Shown here: in pieces, positions 11,543-23,756 of the stretch
How the letters are laid out: the number at the start of each line of letters is the position of its first letter
Position numbering within the stretch: the first letter of the stretch is position 1
NCBI GenBank assembly: GCA_019828565.1
Contig: JAHDYR010000015.1
Span: 299,926-363,925, forward strand
DNA: 64,000 bases
Direction: 5' to 3'
Origin: Carpediemonas membranifera BICM
Lineage: Eukaryota > Protista > Fornicata
The notes under the pieces: model-generated
The model's input: the letters and a program-made list of their open reading frames with translations, nothing else
The model's database searches: none
Told to the model about the DNA's origin: nothing
Program-made: the position numbers and the translations under genes

Positions 11543-12643
11543 ATGCTCTCGAACGCCTCTGTTGCCCGAAAGTGTCTCCTATTCTGTGCTGGAAATCCTC
11601 TTATGGATGAGATCTACGCGAAACAGGTTGACAATGCTTTCCTCCAAAAGAGCGGCCTTGAGCCAGCAAGAGCTGTGATCTGGCCCTCGTCAAAGCTCCA
11701 CGACCTCATGTCCACGTGTGATTCTCCCTTTGAGGCCACTCCCGGTGGCAGCGTGCTGAACACTGCGCGTATCGTTTCCAGCATCATCCAGTATGATGGG
11801 AAACGAAGCCTCGCTGGCCCTCAGTTCAGCGTGTTCTACGCAGGAAGCATCGCTAATGACGAGACCGGCAACCGCATGCGCGAGATGCTCACGACTAACG
11901 CCATCGAGCACCGCTTCTGTGTGACTGAAGCTGACTCGACTGGCCGTTGCGCCGTGTTCATCGATGAGAACAAGGACAGGAGCCTCGTGGCCTCGCTTGG
12001 TGCATCCACATACTTTGATCCATGCCTCTTTGACCAGCCGGACGTGCTTCGTTTCTTGGACGAGGTGCCCGCCGTTTACTTCTCGGGATTCTTCATCACT
12101 GACAACTATAAGTCCACGCAGAAGCTCATCGAGCTCGCCCAGCAGCGCGGCAAGAGCATCTGCTTCAACCTGGCGTCACCCTTTGTTGTCAACGCCTTTA
12201 CTGACCGTCTCCTCGCCGTCGTCGAGGCGTGTGACGTCCTGCTCGGCAACGAGGCCGAATACGGTTCCCTGGCCGAGGTGATCGACTTCCCCAAGGAGGC
12301 TGACGGCAAGGTCGACCTGTCCAAGCTCGCAGTCTTCCTCTCGACGTGGAAGCGCGGCGACCGTACCCTGAGGAACGTCGTCGTCACTCAGGGCCCCCAC
12401 GACACCATCGTCGTCGACAAGGAGACGGACGGCAAGCCCGTGACGTTCCCTGTGGAGGCCGTCCCCCGCGAGCAGCTCATTGACACGAACGGCGCGGGTG
12501 ATGCCTTTGCCGGCGGGTATACTTTCGGGCGCATCATGGGCTACTCGATGCAGAGGTCGGTCCATGTTGCCCACCTCATGGCGAAGATGGTGATCAAGCG
12601 CAGTGGCGTGCAGACGGAAATCTCGGACGACGATATGCAGTAA
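11543..12643 (+). CDS. ADK: Adenosine kinase (PfkB family)
   Basis: GNPLMD, PGGSVLNTAR, RSLVASLGA, GNEAE, VVTQG, DTNGAGDAFAGG. Confidence 0.9.
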   Translation: MLSNASVARKCLLFCAGNPLMDEIYAKQVDNAFLQKSGLEPARAVIWPSSKLHDLMSTCDSPFEATPGGSVLNTARIVSSIIQYDGKRSLAGPQFSVFYAGSIANDETGNRMREMLTTNAIEHRFCVTEADSTGRCAVFIDENKDRSLVASLGASTYFDPCLFDQPDVLRFLDEVPAVYFSGFFITDNYKSTQKLIELAQQRGKSICFNLASPFVVNAFTDRLLAVVEACDVLLGNEAEYGSLAEVIDFPKEADGKVDLSKLAVFLSTWKRGDRTLRNVVVTQGPHDTIVVDKETDGKPVTFPVEAVPREQLIDTNGAGDAFAGGYTFGRIMGYSMQRSVHVAHLMAKMVIKRSGVQTEISDDDMQ

Positions 12644-12899
12644 GGCGGGTTGTCGTAAACCTTCATGTATTAGGCATGCTTGGTGCCACCCGGTCATCGG
12701 CGAGTAGCAGGACTTGGAGTCAGGCGCATGATTGTCCAGTCTCCTGGTGTCTCCCACATCCCAGTGTGACACGCCGTCCGTGCTTATACTGCTCATGACG
12801 ATGATGGCGAAAACTGGGTAATCAGACCTTTAGACCGTCTTTATGCCAAACTTGAAGGTCTGATGTCATAACCAACGCCTTCTCTTGGCTAGCGAAGGT

Positions 12900-13649
12900 A
12901 TGCTTTGGTCTTATGCGAACATGCAGAAGAACTACAGTAGCTATCCGATGAGCGCCTCTCTAACAACAGCGATCTCACCAAGCGTACGTGAAGTAGAACA
13001 AATTACTCCTCAGACTGAGCGAGAGCCCTCGGAAGGAACCATGGAAACTCCCGCGTCGTCAGCATCTCGCACCTCCCCAGCCAATCAAATGTCACTCATA
13101 ATCACCACAGACAGCGTACACCTGCATCGGGCTGGCATCCGCTTCAACAAGACGATCTGCGGTCCATCTTTGGGCGACATTTCGGTGAAGATGCGGGTTC
13201 CTGTCTTCGGCTCCTTCCTCTTCGGGTCATGTGCCCGGATGAAGGCGACATTCGAGGCAAACGGGGAGGTGCTAGCGACAGTGTACAAGCGCCGCCATGT
13301 GATGCCGCCAATGCTGACCCCCCTGGCTAGGATGAAGGTGAAGGACGTCGAGGGCGGGTCGATTGGGTGCGTCGCACAGCGGTGGAGCATCAGACACAGA
13401 CTTTTCGTCGTCAAGGATGGCGAGGGCACTGTGCTGTACACCATAAGGGGCCGTAGGGATGGTGTCCGACGCCGCCGCCTCACCATCCGGGGAGCTACAG
13501 GGGGCAAGGTCGGTTTGATGAAAGCCGTCAGAATGCAAGGCAGGAAGTGCGTCAAGTTGGTCCTGCCCGACACAGTGGAGCATGAGGGGCAGACCCTGCT
13601 CCTGGGGGCGGCCCTCCTGGTCGAGACGCTGTACCTCGGCAGAGAATGA
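12900..13649 (+). CDS. Scramblase/Tubby-like (LOR) fold protein
   Basis: IGCVAQRWSI...FVVKDGEGTVLYTIRG...C-terminal hydrophobic helix LLLGAALLVETLY; start uncertain. Confidence 0.5.
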   Translation: MLWSYANMQKNYSSYPMSASLTTAISPSVREVEQITPQTEREPSEGTMETPASSASRTSPANQMSLIITTDSVHLHRAGIRFNKTICGPSLGDISVKMRVPVFGSFLFGSCARMKATFEANGEVLATVYKRRHVMPPMLTPLARMKVKDVEGGSIGCVAQRWSIRHRLFVVKDGEGTVLYTIRGRRDGVRRRRLTIRGATGGKVGLMKAVRMQGRKCVKLVLPDTVEHEGQTLLLGAALLVETLYLGRE

Positions 13650-13844
13650 ACGTCTGGGTGATATATATGGGTTCATGTAAATATACTGCTCATTTGATTC
13701 ACTAGCTCATGGGTGTGGCAGGGAGTATTTGTCTAACAGCTGGCTCTGTTGGCGTCAATCTCGCCGGAATCTCGAAAAATTTTCGCAGGTTATGGCAGTA
13801 CGAGGAATTCGCTTTTCCCCGAGTCAGTTCGGTATAATTCAACT

Positions 13845-15965
13845 ATGCCAGGAAAATACGTAACTATAGAGCCTGAAAGACTTCAGTTTGACCTGCCAGC
13901 GACCACTGAGCAGAAGCAGACACTCCGTATTCAGAATAGTAGCGACCTTAACCTCGTTTTCAAGATTCGTACGACGAATCCTGCACGGTTTGCTGTCAAG
14001 CCAAACAGCGGCCTCATCCTTGCCAAGCAGGCCCACGACATTGGCATCACTCTGCAGGTGGAGGAGGTGTTCAAGTCGGACGACAAGTTCCAGATCGTCG
14101 TCGCCCCCGTGCCGAACGAGGAGACACAGCAGAACATCGAGAGATACCTGTTCACGGAGAAAGACAAGAAGGCACTCGCCCTCCAGCTGAACGACGCCTG
14201 GAAGAAGATCCCCTCCGAGAAGCACCAGAAGATCAAGCTGACCGTGCACTACGCCAACACGGAGGAGCCCGCCCCCACCCTGGCCACCGCTAACGCCTCC
14301 CTCGCCAGCCTTCCCGCGCCCGAGAGCAACGACGAGGTTGACATGCTTAAGGCCCGCGTCGCCGTGCTTGAGAAGGAGCTGGAGGAGGCCAAGAAGGTCA
14401 TGCAGGATACTACTGAACTTGACGCCGCTCTCCAGCGCGTGTCTGAGCTCGAGAAGGACCTCGAGGTCGCCCGGGCGAACGCCGAGCCCGACGATGAGGA
14501 GGTCAACGCCCTCAAGGAGCGCGTCGCCGCCCTCGAGAAGGAGCTCGCCGAGGCCGAGGAGAAGTCCACCGCCGTCGCCGAGGTCGACAACTCCGATCTC
14601 GAGGAGGCCAACGTCCGCATCGCTGACCTCGAGAAGGAGCTCGCCGAGACCAAGGTCAAGGCCGGTGAGCTCGACGCCACTATGATGCGCGTCTCCGAGC
14701 TTGAGAAGGAGCTTGAGGTCGCCCGCGCCAACGACGAGCCCGAGGTCGACAACACCGAGGTCGACGCTCTCAAGGCCCGCGTCGCTGAGCTCGAGAAGGA
14801 GGCCGAGGAGAACAAGGCCGTCAACGACACCACCGAGCTCGACGCGGCCCTCCAGCGCGTTACTGAGCTCGAGGCTGAGCTGAAGGCTGCCCATGACGCC
14901 CCCCCGCCGGTTGTGGACAACTCGGAGCTTGAGGACAAGATTGCCAGACTCACCAAGGAGCTCGAGGCCGCTAAGGAGCCTGTTGAGGCTGACACCACCG
15001 AATTCGACGCCGTTATGGAGAAGCTTCGTGCCGAGCTCAAGGCCGCCACCGAGCATGGAGAGGAGATCGCTGCCCATAACGCTGAGCTCGAGAAGCAGAT
15101 CCAGGCTGCCAAGGATGCTGAAGGCGATGCTATGGAGCTTGACGCCGCTCTCCAGCGCGTGTCTGAGCTCGAGAAGGACCTCGAGGTCGCCCGGGCGAAC
15201 GCCGAGCCCGACGATGAGGAGGTCAACGCCCTCAAGGAGCGCGTCGCCGCCCTCGAGAAGGAGCTCGCCGAGGCCGAGGAGAAGTCCACCGCCGTCGCCG
15301 AGGTCGACAACTCCGATCTCGAGGAGGCCAACGTCCGCATCGCTGACCTCGAGAAGGAGCTCGCCGAGACCAAGGTCAAGGCCGGTGAGCTCGACGCCAC
15401 TATGATGCGCGTCTCCGAGCTTGAGAAGGAGCTTGAGGTCGCCCGCGCCAACGCCGAGCCCGAGGTCGACAACACCGAGGTCGACGCTCTCAAGGCCCGC
15501 GTCGCTGAGCTCGAGAAGGAGGCCGAGGAGAACAAGGCCGTCAACGACACCACCGAGCTCGACGCGGCCCTCCAGCGCGTCACTGAGCTCGAGGCTGAGC
15601 TGAAGGCTGCCGAGACGAAGCCTGTCGAGCCCAATGACGACGGCGAGATGGATACCCTCAAGGAGCGCATCGCCACGCTTGAGAAGCAGCTTGCTGAAGC
15701 TGAGAAGTCTGCCAACGATAACACTGAGCTCGAGGTCGCCAAGAAGGCCCTCGAGGCGCTCAAGGGCGACGCCGACCAGCTCCGGGGTGACCTGAAGGAC
15801 GCCAAGACTGCCAACAAGAAGCTCAACGCCTCTCTGGAGGAGGCCAAGAAGGGCGGCGCGGTGGTGCCTGAGGACACGCCCATCTGGCGCCGCAACCTGT
15901 TCAGCATGCTCCACATGGGCGTCTTGGCGATATTTGTGGCCATCCTCGTCAAGGTCCTCTTCTAG
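13845..15965 (+). CDS. VAP (MSP domain) protein with very long repetitive coiled coil and C-terminal TM anchor
   Basis: VFKIRTTNPARFAVKPNSGLI and DKFQI (MSP/VAP consensus); about 500 aa of acidic heptad repeats; tail anchor MGVLAIFVAILVKVLF. Confidence 0.85.
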   Translation: MPGKYVTIEPERLQFDLPATTEQKQTLRIQNSSDLNLVFKIRTTNPARFAVKPNSGLILAKQAHDIGITLQVEEVFKSDDKFQIVVAPVPNEETQQNIERYLFTEKDKKALALQLNDAWKKIPSEKHQKIKLTVHYANTEEPAPTLATANASLASLPAPESNDEVDMLKARVAVLEKELEEAKKVMQDTTELDAALQRVSELEKDLEVARANAEPDDEEVNALKERVAALEKELAEAEEKSTAVAEVDNSDLEEANVRIADLEKELAETKVKAGELDATMMRVSELEKELEVARANDEPEVDNTEVDALKARVAELEKEAEENKAVNDTTELDAALQRVTELEAELKAAHDAPPPVVDNSELEDKIARLTKELEAAKEPVEADTTEFDAVMEKLRAELKAATEHGEEIAAHNAELEKQIQAAKDAEGDAMELDAALQRVSELEKDLEVARANAEPDDEEVNALKERVAALEKELAEAEEKSTAVAEVDNSDLEEANVRIADLEKELAETKVKAGELDATMMRVSELEKELEVARANAEPEVDNTEVDALKARVAELEKEAEENKAVNDTTELDAALQRVTELEAELKAAETKPVEPNDDGEMDTLKERIATLEKQLAEAEKSANDNTELEVAKKALEALKGDADQLRGDLKDAKTANKKLNASLEEAKKGGAVVPEDTPIWRRNLFSMLHMGVLAIFVAILVKVLF
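14418..15611 (+). repeat. Intragenic direct repeat: 14418-14891 duplicated at 15138-15611
   Basis: About 474 nt, offset 720 nt (in frame), two mismatches seen by eye. Confidence 0.95.
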
Positions 15966-16253
15966 ATCATTGTAAAGACTCAGCATTGGCCGTTATGTCG
16001 CTATGAATGGTGGTTTGTGTGTGATGTTTAATGCTACGTCGTAGCTGTAGAGTTGAACTCATCCAGTCGAGTGATTTGGGCCGCACTGCTGTCAGACTTG
16101 GGCATAGTTGGTTTGTCTGCTGTTTCATTCATACATTCATCCAGACGAGGGTCGAGTTGGGTCGACCGAGCATCGGGGCGGGGCGGAGGGCGCCGGACCG
16201 CGCGCTACCGGAATACGTGGAGTGAGTATCGCTCTGCTGATTCCAGGAGCGCG

Positions 16254-16766
16254 CTGTCCGCTCACATCCGATTCGTCATTTTGGGGGTCGCGCCACATCT
16301 CGACTCTGAAAGAACTGCGAGGGCAGGCCGGGAGGCCTTACAGCAGAATCGGCCTGGGTCGGTCAGACTCTGTCAACCCGGACTCCATCAGTCAACATGG
16401 CGCGTGAATGCATGCTTTGGAGCCCATTCCGAAGCTATATCGACCATCAATTTGGTGGGCGACATGTTCACCTGCCCTTCGAAATCCTCCCGAAACTGCG
16501 GGTCCGAAGCTGAGCGATGCCGTTACCTCGACTACAACCATCGAATCGCTGTCGCTCTGCCATAAAGCTTGTATAGCCCTCTAACATCTGGATCCGGGCC
16601 ATTACCAGCGGGCGCACACTGGCAGTATGCGTTTGGAGTCGGCCCGATCTTCGATCTCGACCGACATCGAACATGGCGAATAGAGGTCGGAGAGGGCTGA
16701 AACTCACACCATTGCACTGTACGAGAAGCTCATACATGATGGTTGACCTAACCTTGTTTTTTAAAC
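16254..16766. repeat. Dispersed ~510-bp repeat, copy 1 (probable non-autonomous element)
   Basis: Roughly 97% identical by eye to 41950-42463 over most of its length, same orientation. Confidence 0.9.
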
Positions 16767-16965
16767 ACTGCAACCCAACCAAATCTATGAAATCATGAAA
16801 CGGTGAGACAGTTTGTCTCAATCCACTCTCAGCCACTTCACAGCTATCCCGTCTGGATTGAGTGCTCCCAATACGTCATCACCAGGCAGCAAGAAGTTGA
16901 TACGCAAGATCCCTACACAGTCAATTTTCTTCACAGTATTAATATATCCCATTGTTTTACAAGAT

Positions 16966-17453
<488 letters not shown>

Positions 17454-17667
17454 ATTCTGCTGGAAAAGCGCGGCAGACAAACAGATGGTCGAAAAATCAG
17501 ACCAGCCGGTCAATTATGCCATAATACTGATGAATACCAAGAACAACGCCAGGATAACGCACATTGATTGTCTTTTGCAGGACAAGTTGTCTTCTGCCGA
17601 AAATTCTGCAAGGAAAAAAACTTTTTCTGGAAAAAAGTTGTCCGAGAGATAACCCGCGATTAGCCAG

Positions 17668-18216
17668 ATGGTGAGTTCTTGTGCGCATTCGCTACGGTGA
17701 TTATCTTTTATTTCTTTCAGATCTGCAATTTCTGAAGATTGGAGCCTTCATCGACAACTTCATCATTGAGTTCGCTCGACTTATCTCCAGATGCTTCGTG
17801 AATGACCAAGGATGGCCATTGCGTGTACAGAATGATTGAGAATCCTGATGCGAAGCGCTGATCCTGTCGCTCTTACCCAGTCCAAGGCCACCAAGTTCGT
17901 TGTTGACTGCATGCAGCCCATCCGCGACGAGATCTTCGAGATCTCTGACTTCCACCAGTACCTCATTGAGCACTTCAAGGTTGGCAAGAACGGCAAGGCC
18001 GGCCAGCTCGGTGACGACGTGACGATCAAGATGGAGAAGTACTCCGTCATCATCGTTTCCAAGGACGCCTTCGCCAAGCGCTACCTCAAGTACCTCGCTG
18101 CCAAGTTCCTTAAGAAGAACGACCTCCGCGACTACCTCCGCATCGTTGCTAACGCCAAGAACTCCTACCAGCTCCGTTACTACTCTGTTGATGAGGAGAC
18201 CGAGGAGCAGGAGTAA
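17668..18216 (+). CDS. RPL22: 60S ribosomal protein L22 (eL22); intron 17671-17880 after the ATG
   Basis: ATG|GTGAGT...CTTACCCAG|TCC gives MSKATKFVVDC; FAKRYLKYL, LRDYLRIVA, YQLRYY. Confidence 0.92.
17793..17856 (+). ncRNA. Candidate intronic box C/D-like snoRNA
   Basis: Terminal stem GCTTCG/CGAAGC, CTGA D box at 17845-17848, imperfect C box; lies in a 210-nt ribosomal-protein intron about 7 times the usual length. Confidence 0.4.
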
Positions 18217-18448
18217 GTTAAATTATCTGCCGGCCGTCGTGCGCCTCTCTTTTAACCTCGCTTCTGCTGATTCTCACTTCCCCGCATTAGTGAGAATTTC
18301 GAATCTCCACAGATTCAACAAATGATTGAACACCAAAATACACTCGCCCGGCGGGTCTACTGGTGCCACAACAGACCTCATGCGTGTCTTACCATCCCGA
18401 TCTAGAGGTCTTTTCTTTTTGCAAGAAAAAATCTCCAAAAGCACCTTG

Positions 18449-19062
18449 ATGTCGAAAACACACAGTTACAAGCTGGTTCTTCTCGGAGAGTCCGCCGTTG
18501 GCAAGTCGTCGATAACTCTTCGCTTTGTGCGCAATGAATTCACCGAATCGCAGGAGCCCACCATCGGTTTGTATCCATCGTGCCAATACCTAACGTAGGC
18601 GCCGCTTTCTTGGCTCGCAACATCACCTGCCAGGATTATACCGTTAGATTTGAGATTTGGGATACTGCTGGTCAGGAGCGCTACCACTCCCTTGCCCCCA
18701 TGTACTACCGTGGAGCTCCCGCCGCCGTAGTCGTCTACGACGTCACTGACCGCAATTCATACGAGAAGGCGAAGAAGTGGGTGCAGCAGCTGAAGGAGGA
18801 GCAGCGTGAGACCACCACCATCGCACTTGCTGGCAACAAGCGCGACCTCCCCAACCACAAGGTGACCATCCAGGAAGCACAGGAGTACGCCGTCGCCGAG
18901 GGCCTTATTTTCCACGAGACGTCTGCGCTGTCGAACTATGGGATCACCGAGCTGTTCAAGGAGCTCGCCGACAAGCTCCCCAAGAAGTCCTCCGCTCTTG
19001 TCGCCGACGGAGGGATGACCAAGCTGCTGGATGACGACAACAGCGGTGGATGCGGGTGTTAA
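18449..19062 (+). CDS. RAB5: Rab5 GTPase; intron 18567-18598
   Basis: GESAVGKSS; spliced EPTIG|AAFL; [20 protein letters not shown]; GNKRD; C-terminal CGC. Confidence 0.93.
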
Positions 19063-19292
19063 GCTGAATGCCATTTCAGAATTCTGGTTGGGATGCTTGA
19101 GACAGCATGATTGGTAAACCTTTGCCCCATTCCTGGGTGGGATGATCAACCGAACTCATCAGCAACATCTTACGGGTCATAATGGGGATCAGGCTTGCGT
19201 ATTAGAAATGACTATTGGGCGTATGCACCGCGAAATTTGAGTCGCATCTGTCTGCGCGAAAAAAAAATTGCGCAGGTTTATCCTCAGTTTGA

Positions 19293-20982
19293 ATGGGTGT
19301 GTACGTACCTCCTGCAGCCCGTAATAGAGCAACACAAAGTGTTGGTCGCGCAGTACCTCGCAGTACTGCCTTCCCTCACAGTGAGAGTGGGTTCTCTGGC
19401 GGCAACAGCCGCAACTGGGACCAGCCTTCTCGTTTTTCGCGTGGTGGTTCTTCTAGAGGTGGGATGTGGAATCAGCTGAACGACGAGGAAGAAGAGAGAC
19501 GTCTTTTCGGCGATCAGACCGCCGCAGGTATTAACTTCGATGAGGCCTACGACATACCGATTGAGATCTCTGGCATTGACGAAGTTCCCGAGGGCATCGA
19601 GACGTTCAAGACGATCAAGCTCACCGAGCCTCTGAACCGCAACATCGGCCTCGCCAACTACGAGAAGCCCACGCCTATCCAGAAGGTTTCGATCCCCATC
19701 ACCCTGGCCGGACATGATCTGATGGCCTCCGCCCAGACCGGCAGTGGTAAGGTCCGTATCCCATTTACTCCCCTTTACATAGACCGCAGCCTTCCTTGTG
19801 CCCGTTATTGAGAAGATGCTCGCCTCTGGCCGTCCCCAGCACTACGTCGAGCAGACGACGGGGTATAACAGCAGGCGCCAAAAGGCCACCCCTGTCACCC
19901 TCATTCTGTCCCCCACCCGCGAGCTCTCGAGCCAGATTGCCAAGGAGGCGAAGAAGTTCACCTTTAAGTCCGGGATCAAGACTGTCTGCGTCTACGGCGG
20001 TGCGTCTGTCCAGGACCAGCAGCGTGAGCTGGACTGGGGCTGCGACATCCTCGTGGCCACCCCAGGCCGTCTGATCGACTTTGTGACTCGCGGCCGCATC
20101 ACACTGGCCAACATCGGCACGCTCATCCTCGATGAGGCCGATAAGATGCTGGAAATGGGCTTCGAGATGCAGATCCGCGAGATCGTCGAAGAGCTCGGCA
20201 TGCCCCAGCCCGAGGACGGCCGGCAGACGCTGATGTTCTCTGCCACGTTCCCCGACGCCATCCAGCGCCTTGCCCGCTCCTTCCTCCGCGACTACGCCTT
20301 TATCTCGATCGGCAAGGTGGGTTCAACCACCAACAACATCGAGCAGCGTGTCATGCACATCCAGGAGAACGACAAGTTCAGGAGCCTCGTGTCGATCCTG
20401 TCGGCCCACCCCGAGGACCTCACACTCGTCTTCGTCGAGACCAAGATCAACGCCGATCGCCTAGAGGACCTATTGATCCGCGAAGGATTCCGCGCCACGT
20501 CTATCCACGGCGACCGTGCCCAGTGGGAGCGCGAAGAAGCTCTCTCGGAGTTCCGTAACCACCACGCCACTGTCCTCGTCGCCACCGACGTTGCCCAGCG
20601 TGGCCTCGACATCCCCAGTGTCGCACACGTCATCAACTTCGACATGCCCAAGGACATCCAGGATTACGTCCACCGTATCGGCCGTACGGGTCGTGTCGGC
20701 CACAAGGGCGTCGCCACCTCGTTCGTGAACGAGAACTGCCGCGGCATCGTCGGCCCCATGCTGGATCTCCTGCGCGATTCGAAGCAGCAGGTGCCTAGCT
20801 GGCTCCCTGAGCTCGCTCGCAACTTCTCCTACAGAGGTGGACGTGGCGGCCGTGGCGGTGGCAACCGCTCACGTGACACGCGCTCAGGCATCTCTTCCCA
20901 TCGCTTTACTCATGGTTCCCGGGGCGGCGCGGCCGGTGGCTTTGAGGGTATGAGGCGCGGCGGCGTCTCCGGATTTACGTAG
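19293..20982 (+). CDS. DDX3: DEAD-box RNA helicase DDX3/Ded1; intron 19752-19782
   Basis: YVPP N-terminus, GINFD, AQTGSGK|TAAF, PTREL, DEAD, SAT, HRIGRTGRVG, RGG tail. Confidence 0.92.
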
Positions 20983-21268
20983 ATACTTCGGATAAAAGAC
21001 AGAACCTTGGTGGATGGTTTATATAAGCCTTTAGTTCCTAGGAGCGCCTGATTGAGGGCATATTGAGCATGGAGTTGGTTCTCACGTTTGCGTTTTCTTT
21101 TTATTTGGCCGGTATTCTGACCATGCACTCGCTGTTCCCGCCGAGTTTGTCGGTGCTGTGTATGTGCACGTGAATAAGGCAAGCTTACGCCCCCTGCCGT
21201 CTCAAACAGAGAGTTTGAACCAATTTTGCAGAATCGGGTTTTCTTCATTTTCCTCGAGGGGTTTTAGC

Positions 21269-21646
21269 ATGAAGTTTGCCGAGAACGTCTCCAGCTCCAT
21301 CCGGAAGTGCCGTAAGGCCCACTTTACCGCTCCTGCCCACGAACGCCGTATCATCATGTCTTCCGCTCTCTGCGAGGAGCTCAAGAAGAAGCACCGCGTG
21401 AACGCTCTCCCCGTTCGCAAGGATGACGAGGTTAAGATCATGCGTGGCGCTCACAAGGGTGTTACCGGTGTCGTCTCCCGCGTGAACCGTGATAAGTTCG
21501 CCATCTTTGTCGACAAGGTCCAGCGTGAGAAGAACAACCGCCAGGTCGTCCAGATCCCCATCAACGCCTCTAACGTGATGATCATGAAGCTCAAGATGAA
21601 TGGCTCTCGCCAGCGTATCCTTACCAGGAAGGCTCTCCCGGAATAA
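21269..21646 (+). CDS. RPL26: 60S ribosomal protein L26 (uL24)
   Basis: RKAHFTAPAHERRIIMSS, LPVRKDDEVKIMRG. Confidence 0.96.
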   Translation: MKFAENVSSSIRKCRKAHFTAPAHERRIIMSSALCEELKKKHRVNALPVRKDDEVKIMRGAHKGVTGVVSRVNRDKFAIFVDKVQREKNNRQVVQIPINASNVMIMKLKMNGSRQRILTRKALPE

Positions 21647-22938
21647 AATATAACCTATAAATATGCGCAATACAAGGCTTACCTTGGTGTTCACACCTCT
21701 AACATGGCATGAGTTCCCTTGGGCGATAAGGCTCATGGCTTCCTGGCCCACCCACGATCTGGGCGGAGCTCTGTGCTGCCAGTAGTGCATTCCAACCCGA
21801 CTGAAACTTCTCGACACAAACAGGACGATTAATGCGCTAAGTAGCTCTGAAACACACAGTTTGGTTCAAGTCCCCATTAACAAAAAGCACTCTCGGCATG
21901 ATGTTATTGGCTGACGGTCTGGATACAAAGGAATGGCCACATATCTTTATGTTAACAGCCACAGAATGACTTGTTGGGTCGGCCCGACCAACCACAGATG
22001 ACCTGGCGGTGCCGTTTGTTCGACTGTTCTGCCCAGATGTCTGAGAGCACTGGCTGGCCCTGAGAAGGCTGTGTCGTTGTCAGGTCAAAATTATGAAGCA
22101 CGATACTGAGCCGCACAAAACATTGGCATTATTTTGCACTTTGAGTTTAAGCCATTTTTAACCACAGTCATCAAGTCGCGCAGGCTAAGGCTAACAATTA
22201 TCAACAAGACTATACTCGAACGGGATCGCTACTATAGCAACTTCTTCGTTTCTTTACGTGTATATCTTGGTAACCAATCCAACCTGGATGATCGATATGC
22301 CCCTCTTGTGCTGAGCGTGAAGCTTTTGGCGTGGTACTCCTCGGAGTAGTGGCTGCAAGGCCCGCCATTGCCATTTGAAGATCGTGGAAGCATTTTCCAT
22401 GCACAGGAGGCTGTCTGACAGGTCAAGGATCAATAACAACATCAAAATCATGAGACTAACCTCTCGCTTTATCGCAGCGGTGTTCCAACGTCATGGCAAG
22501 GCATGCTAACAGCTATCCCTAAACGCACAAGTTCACCAATGATTCCTGCCCAGCAGATCTTTAATTTCTGCTCTCTGTCTCGTCCTGACACGCCAGACGG
22601 CGGAACTGCATATCATAACAACACAGCAGAACTGAGGCCTGCATCCACCACACGAATCCTTTCCACCAGTAAACGAAATATCCAGTGATTGGCACTGTAA
22701 TAATAAGTTGGTGCGTTTGATGAACTCACAATTGTAGGCGGCAGCGGCTGCCCCGGACGGGAGAAGACTCACTGTAAAATATTTCCAGAAATCTAGAGGG
22801 GCTCGGGTCGCCTCGTTCGGACAGCGACGCCCCAGTGTGCACCTTCTCAAATATGCGCGGATCTGGCAAAACTGTAGATATCCACTAATCTCACATGGGG
22901 TGCCTTTAGCGCTATTTTGCACAGCGCAGAAGCAATCA

Positions 22939-23756
22939 ATGAGTGATATTCAGACGTATTCGTGGAATCGAACGATCGCAGGCGTTGCAGGAGCTGTGTA
23001 TGGTATTCTTCAGAAGCATTGCAAGGAACTGGCCATCAATGAGCAACTAATCAAATCATCAAACCCACTGCACATCTTCATATGTAGGACTAATCTTGAG
23101 AACGAGCATGGGGGGCCAACGTTTCTAACGATCTACCACTTCCTCTACACGCTGTTCAAGCAAGCGTCGATCGAGCCCGTACGTCTCCCTCCAGCCCAAT
23201 ACTCACCCAGGAATGCATGATCGCCGCCCTTCTCTACCTCCAACAGTTTCTGGAGAAGACAGCGCTCCCCTTTACCGCGGCCAGCTGGGAGCGACTCACC
23301 TTCACCTGCGTCCTCATCGCGTCCAAGAGCTGGGATGACGTCTCGTGCTCCTCAAGGTCATTCTCCCTCTGCAACTCAGCGCTTACCCTCCGCGACCTCA
23401 ACGCCATGGAGCGCCTTGTCCTGGCATGGCTGGATTTCCGACTCAACGTGACGTCCGGCATGTACAGGAAGGTGTACTACGAGCTCAAGGACATATCGTC
23501 GCTACTGGTGATCGACGCTAGGTCCGGCAATCCGATTCCAAGATCACCCCAGCTTGTCCAGCAGATGGGTGTTCGGCCATTCTTTGGTGCGTCCTACATT
23601 TTCGGTGTTGGCCGTGCGGTGCTGCAGGACAGTGTCTGCAGGGCCGAGAACCGTGGCAGTAGCTGCGAGCTCCTCTGCAGTCGGGATCCGCTGGACTTTG
23701 CCGCGGCGGCGCTCGAGTCGGGCCAAGGCCTGGGGCGCCGCGTGACGGTTGCATAA
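22939..23756 (+). CDS. Cyclin (cyclin Y/PHO80-like); intron 23179-23210
   Basis: Spliced SIEP|ECMIAALLYL; WERLTFTCVLIASKSWDD; LNAMERLVLAWLDFRLNV. Confidence 0.82.

Noticed and set aside
13839-15986. Long antisense ORFs (715 and 567 aa), and similar ones opposite the aminopeptidase, EFL1, SURF6 and calmodulin
   Set aside because: Shadow frames caused by strong GC3 codon bias of the sense genes; no domains.
16255-16767. Dispersed repeat as a solo LTR (starts TG)
   Set aside because: No shared CA end in both copies, no terminal inverted repeat, no TSD, and no similarity to the Gypsy termini in this window.
21650-22900. snoRNA cluster or hidden gene downstream of RPL26
   Set aside because: Scattered TGA/CTGA motifs and one hairpin, but no convincing box pairs, rRNA complementarity or coding signal.
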